A stretch of DNA of 64,000 nucleotides from assembly GCA_038228545.1 (NCBI GenBank), contig JBBRPE010000003.1, positions 442 to 64,441 on the forward strand, written 5' to 3'. This stretch comes from Minisyncoccia bacterium (lineage in GTDB: Bacteria; Patescibacteriota; Minisyncoccia; Phycocordibacterales; Phycocordibacteraceae). The notes below the pieces were generated by a model that saw only the letters and a list, made by a program, of their open reading frames with translations, ran no database searches and was not told where the DNA came from. Made by a program: the position numbers and the translations under genes. Positions 1-11,621 of this stretch are shown piece after piece (position 1 is the first letter of the stretch; every line of letters starts with the position of its first letter).

Positions 1-996
1 GTCGGCGATATATACCGGAACTTCAAGCTTCGTTGCAGGATTCGTTGCTGTGACGCCCTCGATAGCAACTCCCGTCTTTTCCTTATTTTCGCTACGCTCG
101 CGTTCGGTCTTCTTACCGGTTTCGCGTTGGTACGCACGAATAGCATTCGCATTAAGCGCGTCCTGTATGAGTTCATCAATCATCGGATGCTCGGGGGCGA
201 GCACGAGATAGGTAGCTCCAAATACGGTGTCTGGACGTGTCGTAAAGACTTCAATTGGAACAGGGGCGTCTTCCTCACCCGTGTGAGCAAGGAAGGTGAG
301 CTTTGCTCCCTCAGACTCGCCTATCCACGCGCGTTGAGCGTCCTTTATGTCCTCGCGCCACGAAAGCCCGTCGAGATCCTTAAGGAGCCGGTCTGCATAC
401 GTGGTTATCTTAAGAAACCACTGCGTGAGACTCTTGTCTTCTACTTCGTGACCACAGCGTTCACACTTGCCGTCGATAACCTGTTCATTTGCAAGCACGG
501 TCTGGTCCTTCGGACACCACTTCACATTCGCAAGTTTCCGCTCTGCAAGATTGTGTTCAAACAACTTAGTAAAGAGCCACTGTGTCCATTTGTAGTACTC
601 GGGATCGCAGGTAATAACTTCCTTCGACCAGTCCATAGACGCACCCATGGTACGCATCTGCGTGCGCATACGCTCCATGTTTTCGTACGTCCACTTTTTT
701 GGGTCTACTTTGTTCTTTATTGCAGCGTTTTCGGCCGGAAGTCCAAATGCATCAAAGCCCATTGGGAAGAGTACGTTTTTTCCTGCCATACGGAGTTTAC
801 GGGCATAGATGTCCGTGAGTGCAAACGCGTACCAGTGTCCGATGTGCAAGTCGCCCGATGGATACGGAAATTCGAAGAGCAGATAGTACGGCTCCTTTGA
901 CTCATCTTCGAGATCACACGTGTACACATCAAGTTCCGCCCATTTCGCCTGCGCTTTTTTCTCTATATCAGCGTGGTCGAATGAATCGCGTGCCAT
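1..996 (-). CDS. leuS: Leucyl-tRNA synthetase, N-terminal ~330 aa (partial, continues beyond window start)
   Basis: Minus-strand translation from ATG at 994-996 gives MARDSFDHADIEKKAQAKWAE... Class-I HIGH motif (KEPYYLLFEFPYPSGDLHIGH) at revcomp of 841-900, followed by GKNVLFPMGFDAFGLPAENAAIKN. The supplied + ORF 127..900 is its antisense shadow. Confidence 0.85.
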   Translation of the reverse strand, partial: MARDSFDHADIEKKAQAKWAELDVYTCDLEDESKEPYYLLFEFPYPSGDLHIGHWYAFALTDIYARKLRMAGKNVLFPMGFDAFGLPAENAAIKNKVDPKKWTYENMERMRTQMRTMGASMDWSKEVITCDPEYYKWTQWLFTKLFEHNLAERKLANVKWCPKDQTVLANEQVIDGKCERCGHEVEDKSLTQWFLKITTYADRLLKDLDGLSWREDIKDAQRAWIGESEGAKLTFLAHTGEEDAPVPIEVFTTRPDTVFGATYLVLAPEHPMIDELIQDALNANAIRAYQRETGKKTERERSENKEKTGVAIEGVTATNPATKLEVPVYIAD

Positions 997-1015
997 AGCA
1001 AATCAATACAGTTAC

Positions 1016-2011
1016 TTAGAATGGCTTTGGACCTGGGATGGTGGAAGGGAATTTCTGCGGGTCAATGGTTCGCGTGAAGCATGCCTGCCCGGTCGTGTGC
1101 TGCCAATTGTCGCTAATACCACCCATATCGATACCCATAGACGGGTACGTCATGTTCGTTGGACCAACACCGCCTCGACCTTTCTGATCAGATGAAGCTG
1201 CCTTAAAGGTGGCGCAGAGACTAAACGAAAGCGTTGAGGTTGAGGTATAGCTGTAGGCAGCGCTTGTTTCCGGGTCTACAGGCACAATGAAGTTTGCGAG
1301 TGGGTCCGTCAGGTCAGATAGAGACTTCGGAAGCTTCTGCTTTTGCTGGTAGTAGTAGGTTACCTGCGACTGAATACTCTGGAGGTCGCTTACGCGTTGA
1401 CTATCAAGACGTAAATCACGAACATGACTCGGCGTACCGATGATAAAGAAGCCAGCGACAACCGTCGCAACCGCTAGTATGCCTACTGCGATGCCGACCA
1501 TATTTCCCTTCTTCACGTTTGCTATCCAATAGCCTTTGAGGTCAGCGAGGAAGTGCAGGAAGACGCCAACAGCAACTAGGAGAACAACGGCCACCTTAAG
1601 GCCGAAACGAATGGTTATTTCACCACCAAGAAACGTATTGATGAGTGTAACGAGGTCAATGAGTACTGTGACGGTAGCAATAAAAAGTGTGAGCACCAGT
1701 GCCCAGCGACGTACCCAAATGATTGCCTTACCTGCTTCTACTACGATAGTTCCGCGTATGAGATGCAAGAGGACAATGGTTGTTGGTACAAGCACAATAA
1801 GTGCAGCCATAGAAAGGCGCACCGCCCCACCGTATGGGTCTCCGTAGGACGCGAGCGCATCAGGGAACGTGTAATTGATGTACTCAAAAAGAAGAGCGAT
1901 GAAGGACGTAACACTACCGTACAGAGCGATGATAGCGCCGAGCCAAAGGAAGAAATCTTTCGGAGTGGTCTTGCTGGTAGTGAAGTTAGGAGTTTGTGAT
2001 ATGTGTTCCAT
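1016..2011 (-). CDS. Multi-pass membrane protein, DUF5671-like hypothetical
   Basis: 331-aa ORF with several hydrophobic helices and a Ser/Thr-rich C-terminus. The resemblance to DUF5671 proteins common in CPR genomes is from memory. Confidence 0.6.
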   Translation of the reverse strand: MEHISQTPNFTTSKTTPKDFFLWLGAIIALYGSVTSFIALLFEYINYTFPDALASYGDPYGGAVRLSMAALIVLVPTTIVLLHLIRGTIVVEAGKAIIWVRRWALVLTLFIATVTVLIDLVTLINTFLGGEITIRFGLKVAVVLLVAVGVFLHFLADLKGYWIANVKKGNMVGIAVGILAVATVVAGFFIIGTPSHVRDLRLDSQRVSDLQSIQSQVTYYYQQKQKLPKSLSDLTDPLANFIVPVDPETSAAYSYTSTSTLSFSLCATFKAASSDQKGRGGVGPTNMTYPSMGIDMGGISDNWQHTTGQACFTRTIDPQKFPSTIPGPKPF

Positions 2012-2059
2012 AGTGGACTAATTATACCACATTTTAAGAGTGCTTTATACTATTCAGAT

Positions 2060-2263
2060 ATGGAACCATTTGAGCAGCGACTACTCGCACTAGAAACAAA
2101 GATTGACGCTATTTATATTTCAGTAGAAAAGACTCGAAAGTATTTCTTCTGGACAATGATTATCACCGTAGTGCTGTTTGTGCTTCCTCTCGTCGGTCTG
2201 GTCTTCGCCATTCCAGCGTTCATGACGAACTACCTCGGACCTATTCAAAGCCTTTCGCAGTAA
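2060..2263 (+). CDS. Small membrane protein (hypothetical)
   Basis: ORF 2003..2263 has an internal Met at 2060 (MEPFEQRLL...) followed by one clear TM helix. No strong RBS, so the start is uncertain. Confidence 0.3.
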   Translation: MEPFEQRLLALETKIDAIYISVEKTRKYFFWTMIITVVLFVLPLVGLVFAIPAFMTNYLGPIQSLSQ

Positions 2264-2283
2264 CAACGAAGCCCGTCGAACCA

Positions 2284-2955
2284 TTACGGTCCGACGGGCT
2301 CTCTACTCGCAAGAATGTCGATAATGCGATTTGCGAGAAGAGGAAAGTACTGTACATCGAACAAAGAGATGGCTCGACGCTTCTTCTTTGGGAAGATAGA
2401 AGTCCGCAGCTCCTCGTGTTCCGTTTCCGTGAACGGTACGCCGAAGTACCGATTCCACGGACACGCCGGATACATAGACCAGTCAATTGCGCGTGTATCC
2501 TGCAGTCCGAAGGAGTTCCAGGCATGCAGCATTGTTGATGCTAGATAGCCAACAGCCACACCTTCGACGTAGACGAGCCGTTTGTCACTCTTCTCTGCCG
2601 AGTTGATGGCCTCCATAAACAGCCAGGAATTTGCGAAACAAGAACCTATCTCCGGCTTGCGGGGCATTTCATGCATCATCTGGATTTTGTCGACGTAGGG
2701 CGCGTAGTCGATGCCATACGCAAGCATGAGTTCCAGTGCCCCTTCGTGGAAAGTGCATTTACCCTCTTCCACTATGAGCGGTCGGTCGGCCTTGGTCTCG
2801 CGCAGGAGATGCTCCGCAAGTGGCCGGATGCTCGTCGCATGTCCGTCAGGAAACTTGTCATGGAACCAGGTCGTTGCCTCAGGACCTTTGCCATTCGGAC
2901 CATACAGGTAGTCCCACGCTTTTTCGTGGGTAGCGAAAGAATTCATTCCGGGCAT
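2284..2955 (-). CDS. Hypothetical protein with possible Cys-His-Asp (transglutaminase/papain-like) triad
   Basis: 223-aa ORF. GSCFANSW ... LHAWNSFG ... AIDWS spacing resembles a transglutaminase-like core (G-C-x-x-F-A / H-A-W / D). Motif reading only. Confidence 0.5.
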   Translation of the reverse strand: MPGMNSFATHEKAWDYLYGPNGKGPEATTWFHDKFPDGHATSIRPLAEHLLRETKADRPLIVEEGKCTFHEGALELMLAYGIDYAPYVDKIQMMHEMPRKPEIGSCFANSWLFMEAINSAEKSDKRLVYVEGVAVGYLASTMLHAWNSFGLQDTRAIDWSMYPACPWNRYFGVPFTETEHEELRTSIFPKKKRRAISLFDVQYFPLLANRIIDILASREPVGP

Positions 2956-3010
2956 GGTTTCCTCCTATCCTGCCAGTGATAGTTAGAACATATCCGATTG
3001 GATTTGTAAA

Positions 3011-4108
3011 TTAAGAGTGTAGAAAGACCATCACGTCACCATCTTTGGTTTCGTAGGTTTTGCCTTCCGTGCGTATATCGCCCTTATCACGTGCAGCGCT
3101 CCACGAACCGTCTGCTATAAGCGTGTCCCACTGAACGACTTCTGCGCGTATAAATTTATCTTTGAAATCCTCGTGGATTGCAGCGCCCGCTTCAGGCGCA
3201 CTTGCGCCTTTTTTCACTGTCCATGCGCGTGTTTCTTTCGGACCAGTAGTGAAGTACGTAATAAGGCCGAGTGTTTCGTAAGCTCCACGTATCAAGTCCT
3301 TGATGCCATCATCTTGCACGCCGAGTTCCGAGCGGAACATAATTTTGTCCTCGTCTGAAACGTCGTTCAGCTCGTGTTCCGTTCGAGCGTCTACCATGAC
3401 GTAACTTCCACCGAGTGATTTCACATATTCGTACGCTTTCTCTGCTCGTCCGTCATTCATTTCGCCGAGATTATGCCCGCCTGCCTTGCCGTTAAAAGCG
3501 TAGAGGATTGGTTTCAAAGTAAGGAGATTGAGTGACTTGATAAGCTTTGCTTCTTCCGGCGTGAGGTCTGCCGTTAGCGCGAGCTTTCCATTCTCTAACT
3601 GACCTTCAACCTTTACGAGGACTGCATCTTCTTCTATCGCCTCTTTCTTATTCATCTTTACGTCCTTGCCGACTTTCTCACGACGATTTTTTACGGATGC
3701 CTGGTCTGCAAGCATAAGTTCAAGATTAATAACCTCAATATCCTCAACGGGATTCACTTCCCCATGTACATGCGTAATGTCTGGATCATCGAAGAAACGC
3801 ACCATTTGCAAAATTGCATCCGTCTCGCGGATATGAGTAAGGAACTGATTGCCCAGTCCTTCACCTTCTGAAGCACCCTTGACCAGTCCTGCAATATCCA
3901 CAAACTCTACAGCCGCAGGAATAGTTTTTTCAGAACCTGAAAGTGTGGTGAGTGCCTGTAGGCGTTCGTCCGGTACGCCAACGACACCCACGGATGGGTC
4001 TATCGTACAGAACGGATAATTCTCCGCTGGCACCGAAGCCTTTGTGAGCGCATTAAAGAGAGTGGACTTCCCGACATTCGGGAGCCCGACGATTCCTATC
4101 TGAAGCAT
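3011..4108 (-). CDS. ychF: Ribosome-binding ATPase YchF (Obg-family GTPase)
   Basis: [22 protein letters not shown] (G1/Walker A), FCTIDP, and a C-terminal TGS-like region ...GDVMVFLHS. 365 aa is typical for YchF. Confidence 0.95.
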   Translation of the reverse strand: MLQIGIVGLPNVGKSTLFNALTKASVPAENYPFCTIDPSVGVVGVPDERLQALTTLSGSEKTIPAAVEFVDIAGLVKGASEGEGLGNQFLTHIRETDAILQMVRFFDDPDITHVHGEVNPVEDIEVINLELMLADQASVKNRREKVGKDVKMNKKEAIEEDAVLVKVEGQLENGKLALTADLTPEEAKLIKSLNLLTLKPILYAFNGKAGGHNLGEMNDGRAEKAYEYVKSLGGSYVMVDARTEHELNDVSDEDKIMFRSELGVQDDGIKDLIRGAYETLGLITYFTTGPKETRAWTVKKGASAPEAGAAIHEDFKDKFIRAEVVQWDTLIADGSWSAARDKGDIRTEGKTYETKDGDVMVFLHS

Positions 4109-4131
4109 TGTTCTACCTTACGGTTTGCGGG

Positions 4132-4163
4132 AGAAAAAAGAAAGACCGCCACGGATGGCGGTC
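4132..4163 (-). terminator. Rho-independent terminator (minus strand)
   Basis: Perfect 8-bp hairpin gaccgcca/tggcggtc (4144-4163). On the minus strand it is followed by UUUCUUUUUU (complement of the 4134-4143 A-run). It sits 24 nt upstream of the ychF start. Confidence 0.6.
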
Positions 4164-4290
4164 GGCGCTAGAACGAGAACGCTACGCGGTTCGTTAGGCC
4201 TACGTGTCTGAGGGACATCCAGAAATCTGGTGTCCTACCCGGGGGGAGAAGGCGACACGTGTCCTCGTCCTAGCACTGGCACTGTGCCAT
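4164..4290 (-). ncRNA. Candidate structured small RNA of unknown class (extended hairpin with large asymmetric bulges, 6S-like architecture)
   Basis: On the minus strand a 14-bp closing helix (GCUAGGACGAGGAC / GUUCUCGUUCUAGC, 2 GU pairs) encloses a nested 7-bp helix (ACGUGUC/GACACGU) and an apical hairpin (GGACAUCCAGA-AAU-UCUGGUGUCC). It is followed directly by the intrinsic terminator at 4132-4163. It lies in the 200-nt gap between the flavodoxin-like gene and ychF. Confidence 0.35.
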
Positions 4291-4309
4291 TCAATACTTC
4301 TTTTTGCAA

Positions 4310-4891
4310 TTACACTCCACGTCGAGCAAGTGCGGCAATTTTCTTGAGATACCGCGTATGACGAGTAGGAGTGCAGTTCTCGGAATTTCCGAATTGCGTC
4401 ATGGACACCTTGTAGCCCGACATACCGAGGAGGGCGTAGGAAATTTCGTTGGTGAAGTCACCGAAAACCAGCCGGATAAAAAATGGAGGCATCTTTGAAA
4501 GTGTAATAACGCGTGCAGTTTTGCCATTCAGCATGCGGTCCCAACCCATACCGCTTTTCCAAAAGTGGAAGGCGAAGCCGGGAAGCCACATACGGTCGAA
4601 CATACCCTTAAGGAGCGCGGGCATCGCCGACCACCACACCGGATACACGAGCACAAAGTGGTCAGCCCACTTCATATCTTCCTGGACCTTCTTCAAATCC
4701 GGTTCAAGTTCCTGAATGACCTTATAACCCTTGTGGAGAATAGGGTCGAAGGACAGGTCGCTTATGTTGGTACGACGCACGTAGTGCCCAGCTGCTGCGG
4801 CATCCTTTGCATACGCATCCGCCACATCATTCGAGAGCGTTTCCTCTGAGTCAGGGTTACCCATCAGTATAAAAATGTTCTTTTGCTTCAT
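4310..4891 (-). CDS. Flavodoxin-like fold NAD(P)H:quinone oxidoreductase (MdaB/YwrO-like)
   Basis: MKQKNIFILMGNPDSEETLS...HFVLVYPVWWSAMPALLKGMFDR, an FMN-dependent NAD(P)H dehydrogenase (Flavodoxin_2) signature. Confidence 0.8.
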   Translation of the reverse strand: MKQKNIFILMGNPDSEETLSNDVADAYAKDAAAAGHYVRRTNISDLSFDPILHKGYKVIQELEPDLKKVQEDMKWADHFVLVYPVWWSAMPALLKGMFDRMWLPGFAFHFWKSGMGWDRMLNGKTARVITLSKMPPFFIRLVFGDFTNEISYALLGMSGYKVSMTQFGNSENCTPTRHTRYLKKIAALARRGV

Positions 4892-5027
4892 ATCACGAAT
4901 TATGTCACGCGTTCAAAAGGATTCCTATGCAAGGCGTGGGTAAGTTATTGAATGAAGCGTACTCATAGTACGGAGAATGAAATGACTGGGACCCGCAACG
5001 CAGCAGAGGTATGCCTTTTGTCGCTCA

Positions 5028-5257
5028 TCACATTAGACCCTGTAGCTCATTCCTGTATTTTTTCATCACTTCCATGGTGGCCTTCATCTGCTGTTCTCCA
5101 CCTTTCTTCACGCGACGGTCTACCTCTTCACCAATCTTTTTAAAAAGTTCAGGGTTCTTAGTGACCAACGTTAAAATCTGCTCGCGCTGTGCCTCCGGCA
5201 CATCCTTGAGCTTGCTCTTCATCATCTGGCGAAGGAAAAAATCTTGTACTCCCATAG
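5028..5257 (-). CDS. Small lysine-rich hypothetical protein
   Basis: ORF 5028..5348 is trimmed to the internal Met (MGVQDFFLRQMMKSKLKD...ELQGLM) so it no longer overlaps the upstream ORF. No recognisable family. Confidence 0.4.
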
Positions 5258-5308
5258 TAGTGTCAGTATACCAAAAGTGTTCGGGCCCGCTATACCAGCG
5301 GGCCCTCA

Positions 5309-5683
5309 CTACTTTCTTTCGCTTTCGCGACGAAAGCGTTCCAGACATGTCTGCAAATGACGCAGGGTCTGTGTCCGAATTTCTTCCGGTGTGTCCGTCT
5401 CATAGACGACGAGCATGACCGCCGGAGTGTTTGGACGCTTTTGCCAGTGCAATTCGGCACAGTTTCGCGAAGAGGTAATCTGCAGGGGAATTCTGCCGTA
5501 TTCCGTATAGGCCCAGCCGTCGACGCCATTTTGGTCTTCTTCATGAGTTCCAGGAAGGACCATATAGACGTCGTCAGGTAGTTCAATCGGATAACAGTAG
5601 AATGCCTCGAAGAACTGTCGTTCGCGTGCCATACCGTAGGCATGTTGTTGTGCCCCAGATCGAGGCGTAGCTAGGTAGCTCAT
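5309..5683 (-). CDS. Hypothetical protein
   Basis: 124-aa ORF with an AGGAGA Shine-Dalgarno 6 nt upstream of the ATG at 5683. No recognised motif. Confidence 0.5.
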   Translation of the reverse strand: MSYLATPRSGAQQHAYGMARERQFFEAFYCYPIELPDDVYMVLPGTHEEDQNGVDGWAYTEYGRIPLQITSSRNCAELHWQKRPNTPAVMLVVYETDTPEEIRTQTLRHLQTCLERFRRESERK

Positions 5684-5765
5684 CGCTTCTCTCCTTGTAG
5701 CTCGCGTTTCGCTAAGAACACACTACCGTGTACACGCTGTTGTGCAAGTTGTCGAAGTGGGGACA

Positions 5766-6011
5766 CTACAGTAGGACCGTTGCCTGATTACTTGAAACTT
5801 CAGCGATTCCCTTTTCTATGGGAAACGTCTGCTTAGTGCCGTCCGCTGTTTCCACAGTGGCGACTCCTGCTCTAAGCGGAGTTACAAACGCTTCGTGTCC
5901 CGCCATCACCGTAAACATACCTTCCTCTCCGGGAAGATTTACTGAGACTGCGTCGCCATCGAAGAGATTATCTCCAACGCGAGCGATGGTGAGATGAAAT
6001 GTTTTTGCCAT
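5766..6011 (-). CDS. atpC: F1 ATP synthase epsilon subunit, short form (beta-sandwich domain only)
   Basis: MAKTFHLTIARVGDNLFDGDAVSVNLPGEEGMFTVMAGHEAFVTPL. It is the last gene of the atp operon. At 81 aa it lacks the C-terminal helical hairpin. Confidence 0.85.
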   Translation of the reverse strand: MAKTFHLTIARVGDNLFDGDAVSVNLPGEEGMFTVMAGHEAFVTPLRAGVATVETADGTKQTFPIEKGIAEVSSNQATVLL

Positions 6012-6129
6012 AGGTATTTGTTAGGCGACGGAAAATGGGTTTGGATGCTAGGCGTCGCGAGAGAATTTCCGGAGGCGTATGCAGTATACGGCGGAGGAAA
6101 TTCTAGAAGCGACAACAACGTAGACGAAT

Positions 6130-7960
<1,831 letters not shown>

Positions 7961-7964
7961 ATCT

Positions 7965-8864
7965 TTATGTAAGTGCCCCGCTCACAATCTCTGACACTTC
8001 CTGAGTAATGGCTGCCTGACGCACCTTGTTGAATTTGCGCGTCAGGTCATGAGCCACTTCCTTGGATTTATCAGATGCATTCTTCATCGCGACCATGCGT
8101 GCGGAATGTTCCGACGCCTTGGACTCGAGAAGCATGTGATAGAGCGATACGGCGACGAGGCGCGGCACCAAAATGCCGAGCACCTCATCACCAGACGGCT
8201 CCACCTCATACGCTGCAGGGGCTTCAAGCGTCGCCGAATCCGACCACTTTCCCTTGGCAGGCACGATACCTTCCACGATTTCCGCGAGCGCAGGGAGCGA
8301 AAGCGGTAGGAGTTGGCGAGTCGTTGGCACCTGCTCGAAGGTTGACTTGAAACTGCTGTAAACGGTCACTACTTTGTCATAGTCCCCGCGAAGGAATCCC
8401 TCGGAAAGCTCTTTCGAGATTTCCTCCATAATTTCAATTGAAACGTCGTCACTCTTATTTTCGTATGATTTTGCAATTGAGTAATGACGATTATTGAAGT
8501 ACTCCAAACCTTTACGTCCGTATGCAAACAACGTGACATCTTTCGCGTCTCTTCCCTCGAGCGCCGCGATGCCGGCCTTGATTACGCCCGAGTTCAGACC
8601 GCCCGCAAGTCCTTTATCGCTTGTGATGACCACAAGCGCGAGCTTGTTTCCGGTACGCACACTAGCTAGCGGATGGCGCTTCACGTGTTCGGTACCTGAA
8701 AGGCGAGTGAGCACGGCAACTGCAGCACGAGCATACGCGCGACCGGCAAATGCCGAGTTCTGCGTCTTACGCATCTTCACGGCAGACACAGCCTCCATGG
8801 CGCGTGTGACTTTATTCATGCGCTTGGTAGCCAAAATCTTCAGTTTGATGTCTTTGAGTGCCAT
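7965..8864 (-). CDS. atpG: F1 ATP synthase gamma subunit
   Basis: MALKDIKLKILATKRMNKVTRAMEAVSAVKMRK ... a C-terminal conserved helix ...ITQEVSEIVSGA. Confidence 0.95.
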   Translation of the reverse strand: MALKDIKLKILATKRMNKVTRAMEAVSAVKMRKTQNSAFAGRAYARAAVAVLTRLSGTEHVKRHPLASVRTGNKLALVVITSDKGLAGGLNSGVIKAGIAALEGRDAKDVTLFAYGRKGLEYFNNRHYSIAKSYENKSDDVSIEIMEEISKELSEGFLRGDYDKVVTVYSSFKSTFEQVPTTRQLLPLSLPALAEIVEGIVPAKGKWSDSATLEAPAAYEVEPSGDEVLGILVPRLVAVSLYHMLLESKASEHSARMVAMKNASDKSKEVAHDLTRKFNKVRQAAITQEVSEIVSGALT

Positions 8865-8883
8865 GTGTACGTACTGTTTCTAG

Positions 8884-10434
8884 TTATGCAGTAGTGCGCT
8901 CAACGAACTGCTCGAGCTTTGCGCGGAGATCCTTCTCGATAGTCTCGTTTATTTCGCGCGTGGTGCGGATGGATGCAAGCACGTCATTTGCCTCGCGACC
9001 AAGGTAGTCCTGAAGCTTCTGTTCTGCTTCGGAAGTCTTCTCCGGAGCGAACGAATCGAAGTACCCGTTCACTGCAGCGAAGATTACCGCTGCCTCCATT
9101 TCAAACGGAAGTGGCATACCCTTCGGCTGTTTCAACATTTCCGTCATGCGACGTCCGGAATCAATCTGCTTCTTCGTACCCTCGTCGAGGTCGGAAGCAA
9201 ACTGCATGAATGCCTCAAGTTCGCGGAACTGTGCGAGCTCAAGCTTAATCTTTCCGGACACTTTCTTCATAGCTTTGGTCTGTGCAGCCGAGCCGACGCG
9301 CGACACGGAGTTACCCACGTCAATAGCAGGACGAAGTCCCTGGTTAAAGAGATTCGTAAGCACGAATATCTGACCGTCCGTGATGGAAATCACGTTCGTC
9401 GGAATGTAGGTCGAAATATCACCTTCCTGCGTTTCAATAATGGGAAGCGCTGTGAGTGAGCCTCCGCCCTTTTCTTTAGAGAGCTTTGCTGCACGTTCAA
9501 GAAGACGCGAGTGCAAGTAGAAGATGTCTCCCGGATATGCTTCGCGACCCGGTGGGCGACGAAGAAGGAGCGACATCTGGCGATACGCCACTGCTTGCTT
9601 TGAAAGGTCGTCATAGATAACAACAGCATCCTTACCCTGCTCCATGAAGTGCTCACCGATAGCAGCGCCAGCGAATGGTGCGAGAAACTGAAAGGCTGCA
9701 GGCGAAGAAGCTGGAGCGGTAACGACGATGGTGTAATCCATTGCACCCTTGTCTGCGAGCTCCGCCACAAGCTTCGCGGTCTTACTTTCCTTCTGGCCGA
9801 TAGCTACATAAATACAGATAGGACGAGTCGCTTCTGGCTCAGACTTCTGGTTGATGATGGTATCGATAGCGATAGTCGTCTTACCGGTGCCACGGTCACC
9901 AATGATGAGCTCGCGCTGTCCGCGACCAATTGGAACCATGGCGTCAATTGCCTTGATACCAGTGTGAAGTGGTGTGTTCACCGGAGAACGGTCCATAACA
10001 CCGTATGCCTCAGACTCGATAGGACGAATTTTGTCAGCACCGGTTGGGCCTTTGCCGTCTACCGGCTCACCGAGTGGATTTACCACGCGACCAACGAGCG
10101 AATCACCTACCGGGATGGAAAGTAGGCGTCCGACACGACGTACGAGCATGCCCTCGTACACACGAGAAGAGTCTCCGAGAACCACGGCGCGTACGCCATC
10201 TTCTTCGAGGTTGAGTACGAGACCGTACACAGGGTCTGCATCCTTGAGAGCTTCCTCAAGCGTTCGGTCGAAGGTCGGGTCGAAGAGCACCATCTCATTC
10301 ATGATGGCCTTCTCGAGTCCGTCTATTTCAGCGATACCGTCTCCAGTAGCGCGCACGATGCCCGTCTCTTCCTTATCGCCAACAGGCGTGTGTCCTGCGA
10401 TTTCTTCTTCGATGCGCTTGATAATGCTCTCCAT
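8884..10434 (-). CDS. atpA: F1 ATP synthase alpha subunit
   Basis: [20 protein letters not shown]-loop, 516 aa. Confidence 0.97.
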   Translation of the reverse strand: MESIIKRIEEEIAGHTPVGDKEETGIVRATGDGIAEIDGLEKAIMNEMVLFDPTFDRTLEEALKDADPVYGLVLNLEEDGVRAVVLGDSSRVYEGMLVRRVGRLLSIPVGDSLVGRVVNPLGEPVDGKGPTGADKIRPIESEAYGVMDRSPVNTPLHTGIKAIDAMVPIGRGQRELIIGDRGTGKTTIAIDTIINQKSEPEATRPICIYVAIGQKESKTAKLVAELADKGAMDYTIVVTAPASSPAAFQFLAPFAGAAIGEHFMEQGKDAVVIYDDLSKQAVAYRQMSLLLRRPPGREAYPGDIFYLHSRLLERAAKLSKEKGGGSLTALPIIETQEGDISTYIPTNVISITDGQIFVLTNLFNQGLRPAIDVGNSVSRVGSAAQTKAMKKVSGKIKLELAQFRELEAFMQFASDLDEGTKKQIDSGRRMTEMLKQPKGMPLPFEMEAAVIFAAVNGYFDSFAPEKTSEAEQKLQDYLGREANDVLASIRTTREINETIEKDLRAKLEQFVERTTA

Positions 10435-10458
10435 GATGTGTTTGTAACGGTTAGTAAA

Positions 10459-10827
10459 TTAGTTCGTGACCTTTCGGTAGATGTCGATAAGACCGCGCTT
10501 TGCGCTCCTATCTATAAGCGTGCCGCCAGAGCGAGCGCGCCAGCCTTTAATTAAGGCCGGATTCACATGCGCTTTTTCTACCTCAATTCCTTCTAGTTTT
10601 GCCGCTGCGATAGCTGCGTGCGCGTCTTTTTCATCCGCTACTTCGACCCTAGGCGCGAGCTTTGCACGGCGCGCTTCTATGGTTTTTAAATTGCGAAGAA
10701 TTCCCGGAAGAAGCTTCGTACGGCCGGTGACCTCGAGATGCTTCATGAGTTCAGCTACCAATTTCTTGGTATCACTTCCCTCGCGTAGCGCGAGCTCATC
10801 TAGTGCCTGTGCGTAGAGCTTCTCCAT
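10459..10827 (-). CDS. atpH: F1 ATP synthase delta (OSCP) subunit, short form
   Basis: Position between atpF and atpA. OSCP-like helices (LPGILRNL...AKRGLIDIYRK). At 122 aa it is shorter than canonical delta. Confidence 0.8.
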   Translation of the reverse strand: MEKLYAQALDELALREGSDTKKLVAELMKHLEVTGRTKLLPGILRNLKTIEARRAKLAPRVEVADEKDAHAAIAAAKLEGIEVEKAHVNPALIKGWRARSGGTLIDRSAKRGLIDIYRKVTN

Positions 10828-10831
10828 GCTC

Positions 10832-11296
10832 CTATTTGTCGCCTGCCTGGCCGGAAGGCTGGCGCAGTACCTTCTCAGCCGCGAGGACTGAGAGCCGTGC
10901 TATTTCCTTCTCGCTGTCGCGAAGAATGCGTGCAGCGTCTTCCTTCGCGCGAGCTTCAGCATCCTTCTCGACGCTTGAAGCGCGTGCTTCAGCTTCCTTG
11001 ATGATGCGAGCACGTTCAGTCGTGGCTGCTTCACGTGAGTTCGAGACGATACCTTCTGCTTCGGTCTCTGCACCATGTACTACCTTGGCAGCGTCTTCGT
11101 CAGCAGTTGCTGCTTTTGCCTCAGCTTCCTCAGCAGCACGCACGCCCGCCGCTATCTTCTCTTTGCGTTCCTCAAGAGTTTTAAGGACCGGCTTGTAGAG
11201 CAGGTAGGTGAGCGCAACCATGAGGATGCCGAAATTCACGAGCTGCGCGAGCAGCAAGGGAAGTTGGAGGCCGAATGCGTCGAAGAGTTGAGCCAT
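10832..11296 (-). CDS. atpF: Fo ATP synthase subunit b
   Basis: N-terminal TM helix followed by a long charged helix (EAEAKAATADEDAAKVV...). Operon position. Confidence 0.85.
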   Translation of the reverse strand: MAQLFDAFGLQLPLLLAQLVNFGILMVALTYLLYKPVLKTLEERKEKIAAGVRAAEEAEAKAATADEDAAKVVHGAETEAEGIVSNSREAATTERARIIKEAEARASSVEKDAEARAKEDAARILRDSEKEIARLSVLAAEKVLRQPSGQAGDK

Positions 11297-11326
11297 AGAT
11301 AGTAATAGGAATTTGTTTAGTCGGAA

Positions 11327-11611
<285 letters not shown>

Positions 11612-11621
11612 CTAGCTTTCG

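Noticed and set aside
127-900. Track ORF 127..900 (+), 257 aa
   Set aside because: It is the antisense shadow of leuS. The minus strand in the same region translates to a convincing LeuRS N-terminus including the HIGH motif, and the + frame product is low-complexity with no motif.
4109-4309. SRP (4.5S) RNA assignment for the ychF-upstream structured element
   Set aside because: I looked for the conserved domain-IV GGAA tetraloop / AGCAGC motif and did not find it. It is left as an unclassified ncRNA candidate.
10481-11198. Long + strand ORFs inside the atp operon (10481..10816, 10803..11198, 9974..10447, 7019..7456 and others)
   Set aside because: They are Ser/Ala/Arg-rich antisense shadows of the well-supported minus-strand atp genes.
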